This document shows, one piece after another, positions 8,727 through 18,100 of a stretch of 34,082 bases of DNA. Made by a program: the position numbers and the translations under genes. The DNA lies in assembly GCA_028822955.1 (NCBI GenBank), contig JAPKCL010000002.1, positions 1-34,082 on the forward strand, written 5' to 3'. Source of the stretch: Candidatus Poseidoniaceae archaeon. Its GTDB lineage: Archaea; Thermoplasmatota; Poseidoniia; Poseidoniales; Poseidoniaceae. Position 1 is the first letter of the stretch. Each line of letters begins with the position of its first letter. The notes beneath the pieces are model-generated. The model was not told the origin of the DNA. It ran no database searches and saw only the letters and a list, made by a program, of their open reading frames with translations.

Positions 8727-11700
8727 ATGCGAAAAATAACCCCTATGATTCTCGTCACCTTGATGCTTGTGAGTGCGCTCTCAAGTTTCGATTTTGCCGA
8801 GCTAGAAGAAACTGAAGTAATTGAAGACGCAGGTGCCCGTGCGGGTGCTGATGCAGAAATGGTTGCTATCACAAACCCGAAAGAAACTGTTTGCCCATTA
8901 GGGGCTTCATGCCGTAACGTCATGAAAGTTGGAGATGTAACTGAATTCTCCGCATACATCCAAAACAGCGGTGATGCTGATATCACTGAAATGTCATACA
9001 GTGTTACTGTATACCTTTCAGATGCTGATGGCAACCCGAGTATGGTGGCTAAAGATTTATCTGGTGCTGATTTGACTTGGAGCAATAACGATGTCATTTG
9101 TGCATCTGCTTCAATTTGTGACTATCAGTCACTTGCTGCTGGCTCCGTCCTTGGTGGCGGCAAGCATACAATGTCCGTTTCAGGAAGCCCAATCTCTTGG
9201 ACTCCGATTAAAGGATTGTACGTCATTGAAATGGTTGTTTCAGCGAACCCTGATGTCGATGTTGGTAACGACGCTCAACAAGTCTTTGTGAGTGTTGAAG
9301 ACTGGTATGATATCGAACTTGATCTTGCTTGGAATTCCGGCAATGATATGGAGAGCGGTGCTGGGTCCAAAGATTGGACACTCACTGTTACTGCAAACGG
9401 TTCAGATACCTTTGACCCTCGTGAAGTACAAGTTCGACTACAAACTGTAGGCGATGTATCTGCTGCTCAAACAACTGATTCAGTTACTATTGACAGTTCT
9501 GGCACAAATATCTTTACTGCTGGAGTATCAACAACCGTTGATATTTTCGAAAATGTTTCAAATGATCCTCCAACCATTACGACCGGTCTACGAAATGTCC
9601 TCTCAACCTGGACACTTCAAGGCAGTCTTACTGTGGCAGTCGAAAACACTGATGATGCATCCTATGGAATGAAAGCATCTTTAGTCGATTATACACAATA
9701 CGGCCAATGGTCAAGTTGTGCTTACACTGAAGACAACGAAACTGTAGAGAACTTTTGTGAAGAATCAACTACGAAGGACGCATACCCTTCGACCGACTCT
9801 TCTACAATTGAAGGATTCGCAACAGTCTTTAACGACATCCGAATCTCTCAAATGTCTGTTGTCCAAGGCTTCGAAGCTGATGGAACTGGACAAGGGACTT
9901 CCGTAGTCTCTGATACAGATGATTCAGATCTCAACGTTGGAACATCATACTTGCATGTTGAAGTTGAACACCGTGGTAGCGAAATTACTTCTAACTACAA
10001 CTGGTCTGTTGACTTTACAGTCACTGACTCTGCCGGTGTTATGGTTCCTACAAACGATGTAACTACCTGTGACGCTGTCGAACCTTCTTACCCAATCTAT
10101 GGGCCTCTTGGAGTTGACCAAGGCGCAAGTCTTCAAGCCTATGCATGTGTTATGATTGAACTTAGCATGGATGGTGAATACACATTCACTGCTAACCTTG
10201 TTAATGATTCAAAGATGAACGACGCTAAGCCTTCTAACAATGACCGAAGCATGACCCTGAATGTGCGAAATAACGCACCAATCATTACTTCGCTCGATTT
10301 GATCAACGAAGACGAACTCTATTTCGGTCAAGATGACCTGCTTGCAATGTCAGTGCAAGTTTTCGATGTCGATGACCCATCTTCAACCAATCTTGAAATC
10401 GAATGGAGATCTGCTGGAGCAGCCCTCCCTGGTTGCGAACGTGCAAGCATGCAATTGACTTGTTCAGTCATCATCCTCGAGTCTTACGTCACCAACTTCC
10501 CAGTTTCTGTGGTTGTCTACGACGCTCATGGTGGAGAAACAAGCGAAGAACTCATGCTCCAAGTTTGGAATGATGGCAGCTATTCTGCTTCAACAGACAG
10601 TGGCTTGACTCTAAGTTACTCTATGCTCTACTGGGGCACCTCTCCGTTTACTCTAACAGCCACCGATGGTGCTGCAGTTTCTGGAGAATCTCTACCTGGA
10701 TACACTGGGACATATGACTCAGTTGGAGTGATTGATTACTCTCCTTCCACTACTTACTCTGCAAACGATGTATTGTCTCAATCTATGACAGTTCAATTCG
10801 ACAAGAGTACAGGGGCTACTTCCCTTTGGTATGTGAACGGAGCAATCTGGACATTGATTAGCGATGCATCAACAGATGTAGATGCAACAACAGGAATGTT
10901 CTCGTATACCTTCCCTGCTAACTCACCAGTTCTCTCTGCTGGAACCATGGTACTCATGGGCGGTTCTTTGGCTCAGGCTGAAGTCCCATCTGCTAGTATT
11001 ACCGGATTTAACGCAGCAGCTGGTAAAGCGGGCGCAATCCTACTTAACTGGAATGTTGAAGGAACCATGCTCAGTGGCGACAGTATTGACGTGACCATCT
11101 GTGAGGCAATCAACTGCACAACTGCATTTGAGACTGGCCTTGGAGTCGGAAACACATCATATACCTATTCAGGGCAAAACACTGTTCACGGCATGAACTA
11201 CACTGTACTTGTAGCAGTTTGTAACGAAGTCGGATGCAGTTCTCCAGTTGGAACTGGCTCTGTCATTGCAGACAGCGCAGTCGACGGTGATGTAGCAGCA
11301 ACTGGTTTGACCATCGCTGCTGAAGGAACTACCTGGACTGTTTCTTGGACCGCGTCAGGCGACCAAGGAGATGTTGCATCATGGAAGGTCTGCTATAACC
11401 GTGGAACTTTCACCGCAGCTCAAATTGATGAAGTTACATGTGTTGCTGCTACAGGAACCTCAGTTGATATTGATACATCAACTTGGTCTGCTGGAACATA
11501 CACCTACCACTTTACAGCCGTTCCAGTTGACGCTCTTGGTAACTCCGTTGCCGCAGGCGCAATGAACAGCATTGATTACCAACGAGACGCTGATAACAGC
11601 AACACCGATGACGGAACTGTTGTCGTCGGAGATGATGTCTCAAGTGGTGTTCCAACGTGGACATGGGGCGTCATTGGTGGCGTCGTAGTTGTAGCTTTCA

Positions 11701-11765
11701 TCGCCGGTGCTTTCATCCTCTCTCGTGGAGGATCAGGCGACGAAGGAAAAGATTGGGATTACTGA
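8727..11765 (+). CDS. Secreted, C-terminally membrane-anchored surface protein with CARDB-like and FN3/Ig-like repeats (S-layer or adhesin candidate)
   Basis: It has an N-terminal Sec-type signal (MRKITPMILVTLMLVSALSS). CARDB-like strands occur at GDADITEMSYSVTVYLSD and MVVSANPDVDVGNDAQQVFVSV. FN3-like segments occur at GAILLNWNVEG and TWTVSWTASGD..SWKVCY. The protein is acidic and Thr/Ser-rich with many N-x-S/T sequons. The C-terminus reads VPTWTWGVIGGVVVVAFIAGAFILSRGGSGDEGKDWDY. Confidence 0.88.
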   Translation: MRKITPMILVTLMLVSALSSFDFAELEETEVIEDAGARAGADAEMVAITNPKETVCPLGASCRNVMKVGDVTEFSAYIQNSGDADITEMSYSVTVYLSDADGNPSMVAKDLSGADLTWSNNDVICASASICDYQSLAAGSVLGGGKHTMSVSGSPISWTPIKGLYVIEMVVSANPDVDVGNDAQQVFVSVEDWYDIELDLAWNSGNDMESGAGSKDWTLTVTANGSDTFDPREVQVRLQTVGDVSAAQTTDSVTIDSSGTNIFTAGVSTTVDIFENVSNDPPTITTGLRNVLSTWTLQGSLTVAVENTDDASYGMKASLVDYTQYGQWSSCAYTEDNETVENFCEESTTKDAYPSTDSSTIEGFATVFNDIRISQMSVVQGFEADGTGQGTSVVSDTDDSDLNVGTSYLHVEVEHRGSEITSNYNWSVDFTVTDSAGVMVPTNDVTTCDAVEPSYPIYGPLGVDQGASLQAYACVMIELSMDGEYTFTANLVNDSKMNDAKPSNNDRSMTLNVRNNAPIITSLDLINEDELYFGQDDLLAMSVQVFDVDDPSSTNLEIEWRSAGAALPGCERASMQLTCSVIILESYVTNFPVSVVVYDAHGGETSEELMLQVWNDGSYSASTDSGLTLSYSMLYWGTSPFTLTATDGAAVSGESLPGYTGTYDSVGVIDYSPSTTYSANDVLSQSMTVQFDKSTGATSLWYVNGAIWTLISDASTDVDATTGMFSYTFPANSPVLSAGTMVLMGGSLAQAEVPSASITGFNAAAGKAGAILLNWNVEGTMLSGDSIDVTICEAINCTTAFETGLGVGNTSYTYSGQNTVHGMNYTVLVAVCNEVGCSSPVGTGSVIADSAVDGDVAATGLTIAAEGTTWTVSWTASGDQGDVASWKVCYNRGTFTAAQIDEVTCVAATGTSVDIDTSTWSAGTYTYHFTAVPVDALGNSVAAGAMNSIDYQRDADNSNTDDGTVVVGDDVSSGVPTWTWGVIGGVVVVAFIAGAFILSRGGSGDEGKDWDY

Positions 11766-11792
11766 TCTCAATACCTGACCCTAAGCAATCAT

Positions 11793-11875
11793 CCCTCGGT
11801 TCGAGGGAAGAGCCGCTGAGGGGGCTGTTTCGACGGCCCTCTCAGCCCCCCCTGCTTCTTCTTCTTTCTACTTTT
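11793..11875 (+). terminator. Two stem-loops followed by a C/T-rich tract downstream of the 1012-aa gene
   Basis: The first hairpin is CCCTCG-GTT-CGAGGG (11793-11807). The second is GCTGAGGGGGC-(10 nt)-GCCCTCTCAGC (11815-11846), with an 11-bp stem containing one G.U pair. It is followed by CCCCCCTGCTTCTTCTTCTTTCTACTTTT. Confidence 0.5.
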
Positions 11876-12128
11876 AATTCACAGAGATTTCTCTATGAAT
11901 TCAATCTTCTTAATTCAAGATGCCTTGACTTATGAGATTTATTTTGATATTTATTCCTTTTTGATAAAAACTATCACCGCTAATTTTGAATTATTCAATC
12001 ATTTTATTAGTCTGAAATCTATACTTTGTAACTTTTACAAATAGAATGTACCAGTTATCTCGGGTGATGTGGTTCAGCAAGTCGTTTACAATCATAAATC
12101 CAATCCCTGAAATCAAACATTTCGCACC

Positions 12129-12141
12129 CCAATCCCTATAA
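12129..12141 (+). promoter_or_regulatory. Possible TATA-like element (CTATAA) overlapped by the second copy of a CCAATCCCT direct repeat, upstream of the giant ORF
   Basis: CCAATCCCTATAA at 12129-12141 lies about 40 nt upstream of ATG 12179. An identical 9-mer occurs at 12100-12108. Confidence 0.3.
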
Positions 12142-12178
12142 GGGGAGCAAGGCGTGGGATGCTTTGCATACAATCCGT

Positions 12179-15100
12179 ATGAAGGTGAATGACATGTTGG
12201 GAATTACAAACAAAAAGAAAAAAACTGTCTTTAACGGAATTGGCGTAGCACTGTTGTTGTGCGCATTGATGGCCCTAATGCCTATGGCTGGGTTTGTCGA
12301 TAACAACGCAGGTGATGTGGAGTTTGTAAACACAAACGAAACAACGGAGAATGATTTCTTCGCTTTGCCAGACACGAAAGAAACAGTAGAATACGAAAAT
12401 GAACCATCCGAAGAATTAATCGGAATGAGAGACCAAACAACCAAAACGTTCGTCCAAGAAGATGGCGATTTCGTGCAACTAACGCACGATTCTCCAGTAC
12501 ACTTCATGGGTGACGATGGGGCCTGGACAGATATAGATCTGAACATCAAAGCCACAGCAAGCGGTTGGGAAGTAATGGATAACTCCTTTACAACTCAATT
12601 CGGTTCTGAGATGGCATACGGTGTCGCAGTTCAAGTCAACCAGTTCGTCGACCCAATCATCGTTGGAATTAATCCAACGCTGATGACTATCGACGAAACA
12701 GGAACAGCTCCTCAACCATTTGAAGCCGCTCCATCGAACGATGAAGTGACCGTAGGTGGAAACATGATTCGATATCCTGTCGCTGAAGGGTTCGCTATCG
12801 ACTATGCAGTCGAGAACACACAGCTCAAACAGAATCTCATCATCAGTGAGCGTCCGGTTCTTCAACCAAACGCAGCTTGGTTCGGTTTCTCTGAAATCAT
12901 GCAAATTCCATCTGGATACGCCCTTTTCCTTGGAGAAGACATGCTCGGTGAAGAAATTACTCAAACTCAAGATGCTCTCGACATTCGAAACATTGAGACC
13001 GGTGAATTGCTCGCTCAAATCCCGTCTCCAGTCGTTATCGAAGATGGCGCTGAAGAACCTTATCTTGCAACCTACTTTATCCAAGTCTCTGGTTCTCAAG
13101 TACTGATCTCAACAGTTGTTGAAACAGATTGGCTGTTGTCCGATGACCGCGTTTTCCCGCTCGCCATCGATCCAACAATCAAGGTATACAGCGCCGGTGG
13201 AGGTTATTGTTACAAGAACTACAACCGTTGCTACGTTGGTAACAACCGTTATTTGTACACCTATTACTCGCAACAGAGATATCAACCATACAGCCGTTAC
13301 ACGTTTAGCTCTTCAAGCAATTTACCAACCGGTGCAACAGTTGAATCTATCAAAGTCCATCAACGATGGAGTTACAAATCTGGTGCTTCGACAACTAACG
13401 GTGTGAAAATGTCCGTTCTTGAAGCCTGTGGCGCAGGAAGTTCTTCTTACGGATATACTATTCCAACTGGTACATGTTCTGGAGCACTTGCTACATCAGC
13501 ATACAGTTTTTCTAGTACTCAATACAACAGTGCTAACGCTCGTAAGCTCATTGTTTCCATCTTCAACAGCAACATTGTTGATTCCTTTACTCCTGGTTCT
13601 GGATGGAAGGTCGGAGAAGTCTGTACGACAGCAACTTCGTGTTCCTCCAGCACATCAGCAGGATACATTACCAGTGCACAAACTGCATCTTCTTCTGTTG
13701 GTATTGGATTGACTTTCCCTACGAGTGCTTACCTGTACTCGTATTCGGGTCACAGTGGATCTACAAACTCTTACATTGCAGTCACCTATTCTGGTGGTTC
13801 TGACACCGACGCTCCCGCTTCAGGTTTCACCGCATATACTGATGTCACCTCATACATTGAAGGTTCTCGAACTTTCTTTACGACTTTGACTGACCTCTCT
13901 GGAATCGATACCACCTCTGCCAACATGCCAACACTCAACTATGCTCTCGACAACGGTTCATACACCAGCGTCGCAGCAACAAGTATCGGTACATGTGCTG
14001 CCTCTTCATCATCATGTCAATTCAAGGCAACAATCCCTACAATCTCCGCAGGAGAATATGTTGAATACTATTGGAAGTTCCAAGACCTTAATTCTGGAAG
14101 CAATGGTGTAAACGTTGGATACGATCCAGTCCTAACAGGAACGCAATCAACACCAACACCATACTTCTTCGCAGTTGAAGATATTGAAGACGCAGGCGAC
14201 GACAAAATGTTGCGTGTTTTGACAACAGATGTTTCCGCAGGCGGCTACGCCCAAATGTCGAACACAAACATCGACCGCCAATTCACCCACTTTGACGGAA
14301 GCGACGAGTTCTACTTCGAATTCGATGTTTCTGACTGTGGAACTGGCTCCGCTGCATGCTGGTACACAGCTGGTGGAAACTATGCATACCAATATGATAA
14401 CTGGGCAGTACAACACACAACCATTGCTCCTGCAGGATCATATGGAATGTCGACATCTTCAACCCAACGCTCAAACATTGACTTGTTACACACCCGAGAT
14501 GACGGTTACCTCACAGTCGATGCTAAGAACGGTCCAGGAATGAATTTGCTTTACCACTTTAACAGCGGTGAAAACGCATTCGCAATGGTTGGTGTTGGAA
14601 GTTCACCATCCATCGACTCAAAGCTATCTGCCGGAACATCTGCAGATACCTCCAACGGATACGGCTACACAGACTCATTCATTATTAAACTTGAATCCGA
14701 CAGTGCAGCAACCGCAAATGGAGCAGAAACTTACGGTGGTAACATGGGTCTCTTTGCCTTCGGTAACGCCACTGGCGGTGCTGGAACTAACGCAAACCGA
14801 CTCTGTGTCACCTCAAACGGTTTCACATACATCATGCGCAGTCCCGCATCTTACCGTGACGCTTGCCGATCATACTACCTCTACGGTGGCTCATCATCTG
14901 GTGCTCCATCCTATGCATGGTCTGGCTGGGCTCTCGGAATGGGATACTACGGTTCAATGGCTGGTTCAGGAGACGTTACCTACAAGATTGGTGGCGTTAA
15001 ACCATTGCCTGATACCTTCGCACCTGTAGTAGACCACTCTGGACTCGCAGACTCGCACAGCACATCTCGAACAGTCGCTGCAATCATTTCCGATGCAGGA

Positions 15101-18100
15101 GACCCAGCGAGTGGACTCAATGTCAGCACAACAGCTGGTGTTGGACCAACAATGGTTTACCGCGTTACACCAGACGGTGGTACTACAGGATCTTGGATCT
15201 CTGAAGTTATGTCGCCTGGAACTGGAACCACACGCACTGAGTGTGTTCTCGCAGCATGTACTTGGTCTTCCGATATCGAAGACCTCGACCGTGGAGATTC
15301 TGTTGAATACTACATGACCTCTCAAGACGTTTCACCTGTTGCTGCTGGAATTAACACTGTAACAACTACAACTGAATCGTTCTCTGTTGGCGACCCGAAC
15401 AAGATGTTCATCGTCGAATGGAGAGACATGCAATACACCAACAATGCTCAACGATGTTCTTACCAAGCAGTATTCTATGACGTTACAAACGAAATCGAAT
15501 TCAAATACGATGATGCTTGTAAGAATTCATACGATGCAGCTACAGTTGGTTTCATGGATCAAACCCGTACTAAGGGTCAAACAATCCGACACTCCACAAG
15601 TACTGCTTACCTGAACGGGGCTAACGCTCACACCAACAACTACCGCATCTCAACAGACAGCGGTGATGGTTCTTGGGAAGCATTTGACCGTGGAATGACT
15701 GGACTAGTGAATGCAGAATCATCCGATATCATGGGTTCAACTGGTGGTACTCCGTCAGGTTACTACTGTGCATCCGGATATTACTGGAACACTTGGAGTA
15801 CCAAGTGTGCTGATAACATTGCAATGCCTGATGGTTTCAATTTCACTTACTTCGGAACTGACTACAACCATACCGATTCAAACGACCGTGTCCACCTTGG
15901 TCGTCACGGTAACATGAACTTCATCAGCAACGGAGCAACATCCGTCGTGCGTAGTATGACTACATGGTATGGAAACATGCCGCAGTTGCCATACTCATCG
16001 AGCAGTTACGCTCGTGCAGGACTAATTGCACCTTACTGGTCTTACTACGGAACTTACTACTGCTACCAAAACTCTGGTTCTGATTGCGGTGTATACTACC
16101 GAACCATGCCTTTCGAAGGCAAGGGTACTGACGTAACCTCTGACATCACTCAAGATACGACTTGGGATTTGCAAGACAGCCCAGTGCGCATCAATCCAAC
16201 CAGCGATTATCTTTCGATTTCCGCTAAATTGACGATTGAAGCAGGAACAGTCATTCAAATCGGTGCTAACAAGGGAATTTCCTTTGACGGTGCATGCGAT
16301 CAAATGACCATTAACGGTAACAGTTCTGCCCATGTTCTTTTCGAAGCACTTGACGCTGAGTGGCTTGGAATGGCATTCACTGACTCCTGTTCAACAGGAA
16401 CTGATGACCGCCACGTCTTCTCTTACGTTGATTTCAAGAACACCTCTGATGCCGCAATTGCAGCAGGTTCCCGCCACGGCGGTTCACCAAGCAGCAACGG
16501 CAACGTTGGTAACTTCACTATGGACCACGTAACCTTCACCGATGTCGGCTCTGCTTTCGCTCACGGAAGTGGACAAGGCACAGTTGTTTCGATGACCGAA
16601 TTTAGTGTTGATGGAGCAGATGACTCATGTTTCGACTTTGCCGAAAACTCCGTCGTTTCATTGACTGAAGGTGACTTGAAGAACTGTAACACAGACGGCG
16701 GCTCCGGTAACGGTGCAATCGTGAATGTTGCAGGCTCTACTACAGGTTCACTGTTCTTAGAAAACACAACCATTCAGAATTCGTATGTCAACTTGATTGC
16801 TGTCGACTTTGGTATGGTTACTGTTTCCAACGTTACTGCAACTGCAACTTCGGCACAAACCGGAGCTGCATTGGATTCCGCTGCTGGCGCAGGTGCAGAA
16901 GTTGTATTGTTCAACTTCGACGCCGATGACTACGCTTCGGTTTCAATTGATGCAATGAATACAGTAATGATGACGACCGTTGACTTTGGTTCAGCATCCA
17001 TGAACCTTTTCCCTGCTGGAGTTTCGACTTCCTCAGCGACTGGTGCATCCGGTGATAACGCAATCTTTGATGACGTAACTGCTGGAAACATGATGATGCG
17101 CAACCTTCAACCTGGAACATTCAAGGATATGTCCGTTGGAGATTTGACCATCACTGGTGACCCAGCAACTTCAGCAGTTGTGGATATGGAAAACCTTGAC
17201 GCAGGAGATGTAACCATCTCAGGCTGTGGTTGGAATGTCATTGCTTCGAGTATGACTGCAGAACGCCTTTCTTCGAATGGATGTTCCGCTGCCGCAAACA
17301 CACTCGTTGTGTCTGACTCGACTCTTACGCACACATCAACTACCGATTCTGTAATCTATGCACGATACTCTGACATCACACTTGGTGAAAGTGCAGTAAC
17401 ATCTACTACAGCAGGATTGAACAACATTTACCTCGCTCAAGCAGATACAAACTCGGATATCCGACTTGTGGCTGTTTCTCAAGGTGGTAGTGATTGTGCC
17501 GATGCTGCTGGTTCCACTGGAAACTGTGACGTCAATGTTGCTTCTACCTCCTCCGAAGTTTGGTTTGGCGGACTAGCAACAGTACGTACCTACCGAATGG
17601 CTTTGGTGAGCGGAGTTGCAACTCAAATCTTCAAGTCTGGACACACAGTCACCGCAGCGGTGATTGACAGTTCCAGTTCTGAATTGTTTGAAGTTGGAAG
17701 TCACATTACTGACACAGCAACAGCAACACTTGGTTCAACCAGTGTTTGGGTTATCACAGGCGATGAGTCTGGAAATACCTACGTTGATCACAATCTGCGT
17801 GCGTTTGGTCCGGCTGGACAAAACGAAACCATGTCGACTGACTCTTGGTACCCTAGCACCGGTGGATTCACCATTGGTAGCAGCATTGACCTCTTGCTCG
17901 AACCAGCCCCGGTTGATTTCGATCAAGCAGGAATGGACTGTGCTTGGATGGACGCTTATGTTGACCCAAGTAACGGTGCAGGTCTCCCTACGAACGGAAC
18001 CACAGCAAATGGCAACACAATCTTCGAATTCGATGGAACACCAATGACGCTCTCTGCTGATTTGACCCTCGATGGTTGCCAAATGATTTTGAAGGGTTCA

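Noticed and set aside
8727-12300. Tat-dependent export of the two surface proteins, suggested by the nearby tatA
   Set aside because: Neither N-terminus has a twin-arginine motif (MRKITPMILV.. and ..NKKKKTVFNGIGV..). They look like Sec-type signals, so the tatA proximity is probably coincidental.
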